A stretch of DNA of 64,000 nt from Terriglobia bacterium (GCA_020073585.1 JAIQEV010000005.1:25710-89709); one strand, 5' to 3'. Positions 1-8,860 are shown, numbered from the stretch's first letter. A program made the numbers and translations. The notes: generated by a model not told the origin, from the sequence alone.

Positions 1-1496
1 ACACCTATTCGACCGGGATCGGGCCGCGCATCGGCTTGGCTTACGACCTTTTCGGCCGCCACAAGACGACCATCCGCGCCGGCTACGGCATCTACTACGT
101 CCGCGAAGACGTCGGTACCGTGGACCAGCTCAGCTTCCAGGCGCCCTTTCTGCCGGTCGCGTTCCTCGGCGGCCCTGCGGGCAGCCTGGCGAACTTCTTC
201 CTGACGCCGCCGAACAATCTGCCGCAAGCGGGCACGATTGACCCCACGTTTGTCGGGTGCCAGTCGGTCTTCCTCGGCTTCCCGGGCGGCGACACCAACC
301 AGTTTCCGAACTTCAGCAGCGCTCCGGGCTGCAACGGCGTTGCCGCGTTTAACATTTTCGCCTTGCAGGTGCCGCGGCATTTCGTGCTGCCCAATACGCA
401 GCAGTGGAACTTGACGATTCAGAGGGCGCTGGGCAAGGAGTGGGTCCTCGAGGTCGGCTACATCGGGACAAAAGGCACGCATCTTCGCGAGACGCGCACC
501 AGCCTCCAGGCCCGCCTGGCCAGCCCGCAGAATCCCATCGTCATTCAGGGAGCCAGTTGCGACGGCAGCGTCGTCGGACCAAGCGCCTCGTGCTCCGTCA
601 CCACCAACACCATTAGCAATGGCGCGGCGCGTTCCCGGGGATTCGGGATCAACGGCTACAACGGCATGCAGCTTTTCGCCGACGACGCCTATTCGCACTA
701 TCACTCGCTGCAAACCACGGTATCGCGCCGCTGGTCCGCGGGATACTTCCAGGCGGCGTACACCTTCTCGCGTTCGACGGACGCCACCTCGAGCGGCAAC
801 ACCGCGCTCAACACCGCGTTCAACGACGAATCCTCGCTCGATGCTTCGCGCGGGCTCTCGGACTTCGACCGCACACACCGCCTGGCGGTGAGCTACCGCT
901 ACGACCTGCCGTTCTTCTCCTCCGCGGAGGGTTGGAAACACTCCCTGCTGAGCGGCTGGGCCGTCAGCGGCATCACTATCTTCCAATCCGGCGCGCCGTT
1001 TTCGGTGACCGACTCCGGGGCGGGAACGGCCTTCATTGGTCCGGGCTTCACGCCGGCCACGCTCGGCGCCAGCTTGGCGCCGGGCGGCTCGATCGCCGCC
1101 GGCCAGACCAGCGGTGACATCCATAACCGCCTGGACGGCTACCTGAACAGCAGCAACTTCGCTCCAGCGTCGCTGCTCTATCCGCAGCAGTGCGATCCGG
1201 TCAACTTCCCGTTGCAATACGACCCGAATTTCTGCACTACGAATTTCGGCAGCCTCGGGCGCAACATCTACCGTGGCCCGCGCCAGCAAAACTGGGACTT
1301 CTCCCTGATCAAGAATTTCAAGATCACCGAGCGCAACTCCATCCGCTTCACTGCGGATTTTTTCAACATCTGGAATCACGCCAACTTCAGCAATCCCGCG
1401 CAGAACGACGTGGAGAACCCTGCCGCTTTCGGCAAGATCATTTCCACCGTGGGCACGCCGCGGCTGATCCAGTTCTCGCTGCGTTGGGCGTTCTAA
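1..1496 (+). CDS. TonB-dependent-receptor-type outer-membrane beta-barrel, C-terminal ~490 aa (5' end outside window)
   Basis: Frame of ORF 36..1496 stays open to the window edge. G/S/T/Y/N/F-rich alternating beta-strand composition. Ends ...RLIQFSLRWAF with a terminal aromatic residue typical of OM barrels. A strong terminator follows. Confidence 0.75.
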   Translation, partial: TYSTGIGPRIGLAYDLFGRHKTTIRAGYGIYYVREDVGTVDQLSFQAPFLPVAFLGGPAGSLANFFLTPPNNLPQAGTIDPTFVGCQSVFLGFPGGDTNQFPNFSSAPGCNGVAAFNIFALQVPRHFVLPNTQQWNLTIQRALGKEWVLEVGYIGTKGTHLRETRTSLQARLASPQNPIVIQGASCDGSVVGPSASCSVTTNTISNGAARSRGFGINGYNGMQLFADDAYSHYHSLQTTVSRRWSAGYFQAAYTFSRSTDATSSGNTALNTAFNDESSLDASRGLSDFDRTHRLAVSYRYDLPFFSSAEGWKHSLLSGWAVSGITIFQSGAPFSVTDSGAGTAFIGPGFTPATLGASLAPGGSIAAGQTSGDIHNRLDGYLNSSNFAPASLLYPQQCDPVNFPLQYDPNFCTTNFGSLGRNIYRGPRQQNWDFSLIKNFKITERNSIRFTADFFNIWNHANFSNPAQNDVENPAAFGKIISTVGTPRLIQFSLRWAF

Positions 1497-1519
1497 CGCG
1501 GCGGCAACAATCCTGCATC

Positions 1520-1554
1520 CGCAGGGGCACGGTAGTTCGTGCCCCTGCGTTTTT
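1520..1554 (+). terminator. Rho-independent terminator
   Basis: GCAGGGGCAC (1520-1529) pairs perfectly with GTGCCCCTGC (1538-1547) around an 8-nt loop, followed by GTTTTTTG. Confidence 0.75.
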
Positions 1555-1714
1555 TGCGGGCAACATTTGCTGGCTGCAAAATCTCCGCATGGAAGCTTGC
1601 CCATGAATGAAACATCCCGCATTCCACTGCTGGCGCGCACGGAAGTAACGCCGGAGATCGCCGCGGTGTACGACGCGCCGCCCGCCGCGAAGTGATACCA
1701 TCGGAAAACCGACT

Positions 1715-2899
1715 ATGAGACACATTGCCTCACGCGTTTCCCAACTGACCGGAGAGGGCGCACTGGCCGTCTACGTGCGCGCCAAGGAACTCGAGCGCCA
1801 GGGCCGCTCGATCATTCACCTCGAGCTGGGCGAGCCCGATTTTCATCCCGCCGCGCCCGTGGTGGACGCTGTGCGCGCGGCCGCGGCCGCCGGGCGCGAC
1901 CGCTACTGCTCGACGCGCGGCGTCCCCGCGCTGCGCGAGGCGGTGGCCGAATATCTCGGGCGCACGCGGCGCCTCACCGTGACGCCGCAGGAGGTGCTCG
2001 TCGCTCCCGGCTGCAAGATGGCCCTGGCGCTGGCGATGATGGCGCTGATCGAGCCGGGCGACGAAGTGCTCTATCCCGATCCCAGCTTCCCCATCTATCC
2101 GTCGTTCACGCGCGGCCTGGGAGCCACGCCTGTGCCGTTTCACCTGATCGAAAAGAACCGCTTCCAGCCGGATCTCGCCGAGATCGCCGGGAAAATCACT
2201 CCGAAAACGCGCGTGCTGATCTTCAATTCGCCGAATAATCCCACCGGGACGGTATATAGCGACGCCACGCTCGCGGGAATCGCCGAGCTGGCGGCGCAAC
2301 ACGACCTGTGGATCATCGCCGACGAAATCTACGCGCGCATTCTCTTTGCCGGCGACTACCGCTCGATCCGCTCGCTGCCGGGAATGGCCGAGCGCACCGT
2401 GATCATTGACGGCTTCTCGAAGAGCTTTGCCATGACCGGCTGGCGGCTGGGCTACGCGGTGGCCCCCGTGGCCGTGGTGGACGCCCTGGACATGCTCGTC
2501 CTGAACACCTTTACCTGCGCGGCGGAGTTTACGCAGGTGGCGGCCATCGAGGCCCTGCGCGACGCGACTAACGCCGTGGACGCCATGGTCGCCGAGTATC
2601 GCAAGCGCCGCGACCTTTTCGTGGCCGGGCTCAACCGCATCCCCGGCTTCCGCTGCTTGGTGCCCGACGGCGCGTTTTACGCCTGGGTCAACGTCGCAGA
2701 CACCGGGCTCGCAGCCGAGCAGGTTGCGGCGCTGCTTCTGGAAGAGGCCGGCGTGGCGGGGATTGCCGGCGCGGCCTTCGGCGCCGAAGGCCGGAACTTT
2801 CTGCGCTTCTCGCTGGTCAGCGCGCGCAACCTGCTCGAGGAAGCGCTCGAACGCATCGAACGCGTCTCCGCGCGCTGGCGCGCCGCGGTTTCGCGCTAG
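1715..2899 (+). CDS. Class I/II pyridoxal-phosphate aminotransferase (aspartate/aromatic aminotransferase-like)
   Basis: 394 aa. Motifs NSPNNPTG, ADEIYARI and PLP-lysine box SKSFAMTGWRLGY. Confidence 0.9.
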   Translation: MRHIASRVSQLTGEGALAVYVRAKELERQGRSIIHLELGEPDFHPAAPVVDAVRAAAAAGRDRYCSTRGVPALREAVAEYLGRTRRLTVTPQEVLVAPGCKMALALAMMALIEPGDEVLYPDPSFPIYPSFTRGLGATPVPFHLIEKNRFQPDLAEIAGKITPKTRVLIFNSPNNPTGTVYSDATLAGIAELAAQHDLWIIADEIYARILFAGDYRSIRSLPGMAERTVIIDGFSKSFAMTGWRLGYAVAPVAVVDALDMLVLNTFTCAAEFTQVAAIEALRDATNAVDAMVAEYRKRRDLFVAGLNRIPGFRCLVPDGAFYAWVNVADTGLAAEQVAALLLEEAGVAGIAGAAFGAEGRNFLRFSLVSARNLLEEALERIERVSARWRAAVSR

Positions 2900-3018
2900 C
2901 CGGGCGTTCGATTGCCGGAAGGATTTCCGCCCCGGCGCGGCGCCGCGCATTGCCTTTTGCGGCCTCGACAAAATCTCCGCCGTGTGGAATAACTGTAAGT
3001 TCGGCGAGGTGCACAAAA

Positions 3019-4353
3019 ATGAAACAAATGATTCATCTGCTGCTCTGCGCAGTTCTCTTCTTTGCCGCCGCCTCCCCGGCCGCGGCGCAAGCCAAACCCT
3101 TCCCGGGTCCCGACATGCCCGTCATCTACGAGCGCCTGCTCAAGAAGATCGACCAGATCCCCATTTACGACAATCATTCGCACGCCACCTTCCCCGACGA
3201 CATGGACATGGACGCCATGGCCTCGCCGCCCGAGGAAAGCACGGTGCTGCGCCTGCGCGACACCAACCCGGAATTTGCGGCGGCGGCCAAAGCGCTCTTC
3301 GGCTATCCGTACGGCGATTTCACGCCCGAGCATGCCAAGTGGCTGATCGACAAGAAGAAGGCGTGGGAGAAGGAAGGCGGCACCGCCTACTTCGACGGCA
3401 TCCTGGACAAGGTAGGCGTGGAAATCTGCCTGGCCAACCGCGTCGCGCTGGCCCCCTATCTCGATCCCAAGCGCTTCCGCTGGGTCTTCTTCGTGGATTC
3501 CTTTCTCTATCCCTTCGACAACCGCGATCAGGCCGGGAAGAACGGCGACATGGGCGTGTACATCCCCCTGCAGGAAAAAGTCCTGCAGCGCTACATGAAG
3601 CAGGAGAGCGTCGCGGCGCTGCCCGCGGACCTCGCCGGATACGAGGAGTTCGTGCGGCGCACCGTGGCGGAAAACCAGAAGCGCGGCGGCGTGGCCATGA
3701 AGTTCGAAGCCGCCTATTTCCGCTCGCTGCATTTCGCCGACCCGCCCCGCGAGCAGGCCGCGCAGATCTATGCGCGCTATCGCAGCGGCGGCGTACCCGC
3801 GGCCAAGGAGTACACCCTCTTCCAGGACTACATCTTCCGCGTGCTGCTGGACGAAGCCGGGAAGCGCAAGCTGCCCGTGCACTTCCACAGCGCCGTGGGC
3901 ATCGGCGATTACTTCACCCTGCGCCAGGGGCATCCGCTCAATCTGGAAAACGTCCTGCGCGACCCGCGCTACAAGAACGTCAACTTCGTGCTCATCCACG
4001 GCGGCTACCCCTACACGCTGGACATGATCTGGCTGACCGCCGCGAAAAATGTCTACACCGACTCCTCGCTGATGGGTTACTACGTCTATCCCTCGGAGCT
4101 GAAGGCGATCCTGAAGCAGTGGATCTCGCTCTACCCGGAAAAGATCATGTTCGCCTCGGACGCCTTCCCCTTCAACGACGCGGTGGGCGCGGAGGAGACC
4201 TTCTGGCTGGCGGTGCGCTCCGCGCGCACCGCGCTGGCCGCGGCCCTGGCGGAACTGGTCAGTGAGGGCGCGATCAGCGAAGCGCGCGCTCTCGAACTGG
4301 CGCACCTCTATCTGCACGACAACGCAGCACGCCTCTATGGAGAGATGAAATGA
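3019..4353 (+). CDS. Secreted amidohydrolase-family (metal-dependent TIM-barrel hydrolase) protein
   Basis: Start moved to ATG 3019, giving signal peptide MKQMIHLLLCAVLFFAAASPAAAQA. HSH metal motif (YDNHSHATF), VHFHSAVG and LIHGGYPY are typical of the amidohydrolase-2-like fold. Confidence 0.75.
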   Translation: MKQMIHLLLCAVLFFAAASPAAAQAKPFPGPDMPVIYERLLKKIDQIPIYDNHSHATFPDDMDMDAMASPPEESTVLRLRDTNPEFAAAAKALFGYPYGDFTPEHAKWLIDKKKAWEKEGGTAYFDGILDKVGVEICLANRVALAPYLDPKRFRWVFFVDSFLYPFDNRDQAGKNGDMGVYIPLQEKVLQRYMKQESVAALPADLAGYEEFVRRTVAENQKRGGVAMKFEAAYFRSLHFADPPREQAAQIYARYRSGGVPAAKEYTLFQDYIFRVLLDEAGKRKLPVHFHSAVGIGDYFTLRQGHPLNLENVLRDPRYKNVNFVLIHGGYPYTLDMIWLTAAKNVYTDSSLMGYYVYPSELKAILKQWISLYPEKIMFASDAFPFNDAVGAEETFWLAVRSARTALAAALAELVSEGAISEARALELAHLYLHDNAARLYGEMK

Positions 4354-4721
4354 CCGCACCGGCGACCTTGAAATACCTCAAGTGGGACGACGTCAAGCGC
4401 GAGCACCTGAATCCCCTGATCGACCGCCAGATGATCGTCGGCGACAAGATGATGATGGCACGCGTGCTGATGAAGAAGGGCGCGCACGTGCCCCTGCATC
4501 ATCACCACAATGAGCAGCTCACCTACATCCTCGAAGGCGCGCTGAAGTTCGCCATCGACGGCAAGGAGATCGTGGTGCACGCCGGCGAAGTCCTGACCAT
4601 CCCCCCGAACATGCCGCACGAAGCCTGGGCCCTCGAAGAGACCGTGGACCTGGACATCTTCATGCCCCCGCGCGAGGACTGGCTGGCCGGCACCGACGCC
4701 TACCTGCGCGGCGGCCGTTGA
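4350..4721 (+). CDS. Cupin-domain protein
   Basis: 123 aa. Cupin motifs HHHHNEQLTYILEG ... GEVLTIPPNMPHEA. ATGA overlap with the amidohydrolase stop. Confidence 0.75.
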   Translation: MTAPATLKYLKWDDVKREHLNPLIDRQMIVGDKMMMARVLMKKGAHVPLHHHHNEQLTYILEGALKFAIDGKEIVVHAGEVLTIPPNMPHEAWALEETVDLDIFMPPREDWLAGTDAYLRGGR

Positions 4722-4879
4722 CGCATCCAAAGCTACCTGCTGACCCCCGCCGCGCGGATTGAATCGCGCCGCCCGCCGCGTTTCTCGGGCGGGCCCAGGC
4801 TTAACGGCGGGGGAAGGACTTCGGGTGCGTTTCCGGCCGCCCGGATAGATGCGCTGATCCACATGAGCTGACATTCTTC

Positions 4880-4909
4880 TTGACAGATATATCTGTATAA
4901 GCATATATG
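4880..4909 (+). promoter_or_regulatory. Candidate sigma70 promoter with overlapping palindromic operators upstream of arsR
   Basis: TTGACA (4880-4885), 17-18 nt spacer, AT-rich -10 (ATATAT/TATATG 4903-4909). Perfect palindromes AGATATATCT (4885-4894) and CATATATG (4902-4909) overlap the promoter, as expected for an autoregulated ArsR operator. Confidence 0.4.
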
Positions 4910-4929
4910 TTGTGCGGCCGGGTAAGCCG

Positions 4930-5361
4930 ATGGCCAAAAACCGCAGATCCCTGACGATGGAAAAACTGTTCCGCGTGCTGGCGGACCGCACGCGCTTGCG
5001 GCTCCTCAATCTCATGTACGGCCAGGAGATCTGCGTTTGCTATCTCGTCGCGGTGCTGCGGACCAGCCAGCCCAAGATCTCCCGGCACCTTGCCTACTTG
5101 CGGAATTCGCGAATCGTGGCCGCGCGCCGCGAGGGCCGCTGGATGCACTACCGCATCGTCCCGCCCAGCGACCCGGCGGCGGCCCGCATTCTCGTGGAAG
5201 TCCAGCGGCGGCTTAGCGAAGACCCCGGGATGCAGCAGGACCGCGCCCGCCTGGCCAGGGCTTGCTGCATGCGGCAGAAACTCGTGCGCTTGAGCAAGGC
5301 TCCTCCGCCGGCGGCCTGGCCCCGAACGAATTTGCAACCCGCGTCTGCGGCTTCGGCGTAA
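4930..5361 (+). CDS. arsR: ArsR/SmtB-family metalloregulatory transcriptional repressor
   Basis: LADRTRLRLLNLMYGQEICVCYLVAVLRTSQPKISRHLAYLRNSRIVAARREGRWMHYRI. This is a winged HTH with the CVC metalloid-binding motif, directly upstream of acr3. Confidence 0.85.
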   Translation: MAKNRRSLTMEKLFRVLADRTRLRLLNLMYGQEICVCYLVAVLRTSQPKISRHLAYLRNSRIVAARREGRWMHYRIVPPSDPAAARILVEVQRRLSEDPGMQQDRARLARACCMRQKLVRLSKAPPPAAWPRTNLQPASAASA

Positions 5362-5376
5362 AAAGGACATTTCCCA

Positions 5377-6486
5377 GTGACAACTTCTCTCGATGCCGGG
5401 CCCGCTGTCGCCTCTGCGAAACGCCTGAATCTCTTCGAGCGCTATCTGACGCTCTGGGTAACCCTGTGCATGATCGTTGGCGTTGTCCTGGGCAAAACCC
5501 TGCCCGGCTTCATCCAGACTCTGCGCTCCCTGGAATTCGGCCGCGGCAGCCAGGTCAACGTGCCCATCGCCGTCCTCATCTGGCTGATGATCACCCCCAT
5601 GATGATGAAGGTGAATTTCGCTTCCATCCTGGGCATTCGCGAGAGGCCGCGCGGGCTGCTTATCACCCTGTTTGTGAACTGGCTGGTGAAGCCATTTTCC
5701 ATGGCCCTCATTTCCTGGGTGTTCTTCCGGCATCTATTCAGCGCCTGGATTCCAGGCGCGCTGGCTGACCAATACATCGCCGGAACCATCATCCTGGCGG
5801 CGGCGCCCTGCACGGCCATGGTTTTCGTGTGGAGTTACCTGACCGGCGGCGACCCGGCCTACACCCTTGTGCAAGTCTCGGTGAACGACCTGATCATGCT
5901 TTTTCTTTTCGCGCCCATCGTGCGCTTCCTGGTCAGCGGAGCCTCTTCGTTGCAAGTCCCCTTCAATGTTCTGCTCTATTCCGTGCTGGTCTTCATCGTG
6001 ATCCCGCTGGCCGCGGGCTCTTTACTTCGCTGGTGGTTCATCCATCGCCGCGGAGCGGAATGGTTCGAACGGAGCCTGTTGCCGAGGTTTGCGCCGGTCA
6101 CCATCATCGCCCTGCTGGTAACCCTGGTCCTGATTTTTGGCTTCCAGGCCGACAACATCACCAGCCGCTACTTCCACGTATTCCTCATCGCCGTTCCCAT
6201 TCTTTTGCAGGTCTATTTCAATTCCGGCCTGACCTACGGTCTGATGAAGATCTTTCGCGTCCCGCATTCCGTCGCCGCCCCCGGAGCCTTGATTGGCGCC
6301 AGCAACTTCTTCGAGCTGGCCGTGGCCACCGCGATTGCCCTCTTCGGCCCGGGCTCCGGCGCGGCCCTGGCCACCGTGGTCGGTGTCCTCGTGGAAGTCC
6401 CGGTGATGCTCTCCGTCTGCGGCGTCTGCAACCGCACCCAAGCGTGGTTTCCAGCGGAGGAAGCCTCGGCGGGCGGCTCTCGATAA
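5377..6486 (+). CDS. acr3: ACR3-family arsenite efflux permease
   Basis: 369 aa, about 10 TM segments. N-terminus LNLFERYLTLWVTLCMIVGVVLG and PIAVLIWLMITPMMMKV are typical of ACR3. GTG start 16 nt after the arsR stop. Confidence 0.9.
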   Translation: MTTSLDAGPAVASAKRLNLFERYLTLWVTLCMIVGVVLGKTLPGFIQTLRSLEFGRGSQVNVPIAVLIWLMITPMMMKVNFASILGIRERPRGLLITLFVNWLVKPFSMALISWVFFRHLFSAWIPGALADQYIAGTIILAAAPCTAMVFVWSYLTGGDPAYTLVQVSVNDLIMLFLFAPIVRFLVSGASSLQVPFNVLLYSVLVFIVIPLAAGSLLRWWFIHRRGAEWFERSLLPRFAPVTIIALLVTLVLIFGFQADNITSRYFHVFLIAVPILLQVYFNSGLTYGLMKIFRVPHSVAAPGALIGASNFFELAVATAIALFGPGSGAALATVVGVLVEVPVMLSVCGVCNRTQAWFPAEEASAGGSR

Positions 6487-6509
6487 GCTCGTAGATTCTT
6501 TGGGGGTGC

Positions 6510-6534
6510 CCCACGTGTCGGTGTTACACGTGGG
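6510..6534. repeat. Palindromic hairpin element (REP-like, possible terminator of acr3)
   Basis: CCCACGTGT (6510-6518), 7-nt loop, ACACGTGGG (6526-6534): a perfect 9-bp stem 24 nt after the acr3 stop with no clean T-run. Confidence 0.45.
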
Positions 6535-6669
6535 TCTTCGCTCTTGACGGTTGTTTGCTTACGGGCTGTCTAATCCACCGGATCTACCGTCACCAATCCG
6601 GGCTTCCCTTTCTGGCAAAAGAGAAACTGTTCCCCATCCAAGCGCCGGGATTTTTCACCACTCCCCGCT

Positions 6670-6795
6670 TCACCGGATTCGCATGCCTATCGTCTCGTGG
6701 GCCCGCTGCCCGTTCCAGAACAGCTCAATCGCAACTCCGTCCGTGAAATCTTCCGCCGCCCGTAGCGCCCGCTTGCCGGCCAACTTGTAGCGCAG
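6670..6795 (-). pseudogene. C-terminal remnant of a DDE (rve-type) transposase/integrase
   Basis: Minus-strand translation ...RYKLAGKRALRAAEDFTDGVAIELFWNGQRAHETIGMRIR* matches the tail pattern of IS3/IS481-type transposases (..ea...i..wi..YN..RPHsaLG..tP). No catalytic core lies upstream. Confidence 0.4.
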
Positions 6796-6935
6796 GGCGC
6801 AGCCCTGCGGCCTTTTCTTGCCGGGTGACGCAAGCGTTATGTTCGAGCAAGATCGGGGTGCTCCATCCTTAGCGGGTCTTGCAAGGGGCGGTCCTGGGTT
6901 TTCCGATGCCGTGTGACAATCCTGTGATGACCCGC

Positions 6936-7101
6936 CACCCCGTCTCCAGCCTGCAAAACGCCTTGCTCGACCGGCATACTCCGCGTTGCGCTCTCTGTGT
7001 CTCTGCATTATCTTTTTCTCTCCGGCGGCTGCCAGCCCCTCGCTGAGTCCGCACCCCGTCTCCTGCCCACAAAACGCCCTGCTCGACTGCCATACTCCGC
7101 C
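6936..7101. repeat. Two ~50-bp imperfect direct repeats 116 bp apart
   Basis: 6936-6985 CACCCCGTCTCCAGCCTGCAAAACGCCTTGCTCGACCGGCATACTCCGCG versus 7052-7101 CACCCCGTCTCCTGCCCACAAAACGCCCTGCTCGACTGCCATACTCCGCC. Most positions are identical by eye. Confidence 0.65.
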
Positions 7102-7483
7102 CGTGCCCACCAAGCCATCCATTCCGCAGCGCGCATCCTCTGCCCCACCCGCCAGAACCGAAAGCATAGTCAACAGTAAGTTTCTGTATAGTTCACCTTT
7201 CGGGCATGGCTGATACTGGGTTATGGACATATCTAGCTGTATTTGTATTGACAATCCTATAGGATATCTATACCCTCCACCCGACATTCTTGGCCGATTC
7301 ATCAGTTGTTTAGCAGTGGGGGCTTCTGGTGAGAAAGTGCCGGGCATCGGTTTTCTTCTTGTTGCGGCCTATAGTCCAACCAGAAGGGAACGCGACAGCG
7401 AAGGGATATGGAGCAGCTACTTGCGTGCCTTATAGATGTTGCGTTCTCTGGCCATTATCAAAAGACCGCTCGTGAGGTGAAAA

Positions 7484-7705
7484 ATGCGCAATCGTGCTTG
7501 GATTCATCTGATCCATGTGGCGTTTTCTATCCTTGTTGGGATCTTGCTCACACCATTCAGCTACTCCCAAACACTTCAGTTGACAAGCGTATCACCTACG
7601 AGTGCCACGATGGTTGCGGGAGGAACGGCAACATTCACGCTGAATCTCAACCGAGTAGTGGGACCTATGTCAATTTCTGGGAGGAGCCCGCAGTTCAGGG
7701 AATAA
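7484..7705 (+). CDS. Small hypothetical secreted protein (signal peptide plus Ig-like beginning), possibly truncated or frameshifted
   Basis: Strong SD GAGGTG 5 nt before ATG 7484. MRNRAWIHLIHVAFSILVGILLTPFSYSQ signal-like N-terminus, then LQLTSVSPTSATMVAGGTATFTLNL. Stops after 73 codons while another frame stays open to 7830. Lies in a lower-GC patch. Confidence 0.35.
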   Translation: MRNRAWIHLIHVAFSILVGILLTPFSYSQTLQLTSVSPTSATMVAGGTATFTLNLNRVVGPMSISGRSPQFRE

Positions 7706-7843
7706 ATCGTGCGGCAACTCAATTGGGTGAACCTAGTAGGCTGAACTATAGAGACGCTGGGAAGAATCCGGTCGTAATACTGCCGATCATACACTCCCAG
7801 ACAGACTGTGCCTGTGAAGCAAAACACTAGGAGTTAACTGCCG

Positions 7844-8461
7844 ATGAATACGCGACCGAGATATTCTACGTTTAAGTGGTTTCTCGCCATCGGCTTTGCT
7901 GTGGCGCTCGTATGCGTCGGCATATTTGTGGCCAAAAACCGCATGTTTGAGCGCTTTCCTGCTCCAAGTCTCAAGATCGGAGAACTTCGTGAGACTCCAG
8001 AATGGGAGCATCGGCCGCGACTCTATACGACTTCCGTTTCAGACTCCCTTCGCGTTCGGCTCTTGGATGGCGAATTCAGCGTTTTACCAGCCGTAAATGA
8101 GATTCCACAAGATTGCAGGTCAACATTTAACTCTGCATTCACCTACCCTCATGTAACAACTGCGGAATCAAAGAAGATTGAATTAGCGAATCCCGATGAG
8201 ATGTTTCAAGACTCAGACGCTCTGGTGCCCGGGTTGCCGTTCCGACGCCTAGTCTTTGCAGGTGCGCGGTCCGACAGATGCTTTATTTATTACCAGCATG
8301 GCGGAACAATGTACCCTCGCTTTTGCTTGGCAGTGATGGACAATATCCATGGAAAAATGCTCTGGGTGGGGGAGAGCCGTAAGCAAGCGCGACATCTCGA
8401 AGAGCTTCGCTTAATGCTGTTGCGAAATGATTTTCTAGGTACAACCGAGCCGACCTGCTGA
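7844..8461 (+). CDS. Hypothetical membrane-anchored protein (no recognisable family)
   Basis: 205 aa. N-terminal TM FKWFLAIGFAVALVCVGIFVA. AGGAG upstream. Lower GC than the surroundings. Confidence 0.5.
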   Translation: MNTRPRYSTFKWFLAIGFAVALVCVGIFVAKNRMFERFPAPSLKIGELRETPEWEHRPRLYTTSVSDSLRVRLLDGEFSVLPAVNEIPQDCRSTFNSAFTYPHVTTAESKKIELANPDEMFQDSDALVPGLPFRRLVFAGARSDRCFIYYQHGGTMYPRFCLAVMDNIHGKMLWVGESRKQARHLEELRLMLLRNDFLGTTEPTC

Positions 8462-8739
8462 GTAGGCTCGGAAGACCGTCGGCGGGCGAGCGCTGGGGTG
8501 GCACAGGCGTAGGACGTGAGAATATTTTGGGTGGCGGGTCGCAGCCCCTTGATGAGTTGACAAGAACTGGGTGCGGTTTTTTTTCTGCGCCCGGCAATGC
8601 CGCGCACAATCTCATTCGAATGCGCCGCATCCCCCGCCAATTCCTCCCAATAACTCCTTGAAATGCATGTACTACTGTGCTAACATGTGTCATGAGTACG
8701 CAGCAGCCACCCCGCGCGCCGCACCCTTCTCCCGCTAAA

Positions 8740-8860
8740 CCCTTTACAATCCACACTTCCGCAAAATCCGCTCGCAACCCCTTTGGAATCCACACTTCCA
8801 AAATCGTTGCACTTAAAGTCCTGCAGAATCCACACTTACGGAAAAACGCCGGGGGCGGGG
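8740..8860. repeat. Three tandem ~39-40-bp repeats with core AATCCACACTT(C/A)C..AAAA
   Basis: Core at 8748-8760, 8787-8799 and 8827-8839. Non-coding, upstream of nothing obvious. Confidence 0.6.

Noticed and set aside
6670-7347. 225-aa minus-strand ORF across the post-acr3 gap as a real protein-coding gene.
   Set aside because: The ORF is stitched together from the repeat units (6936-7101), low-complexity sequence and only a ~40-aa transposase-tail-like end. There is no start context. Only the terminal fragment is kept, as a pseudogene remnant.
8740-8860. Possible CRISPR array.
   Set aside because: There are only three degenerate ~39-bp units directly abutting each other, with no repeat/spacer alternation. 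The repeats are not palindromic CRISPR-like, and no cas genes are in the window.
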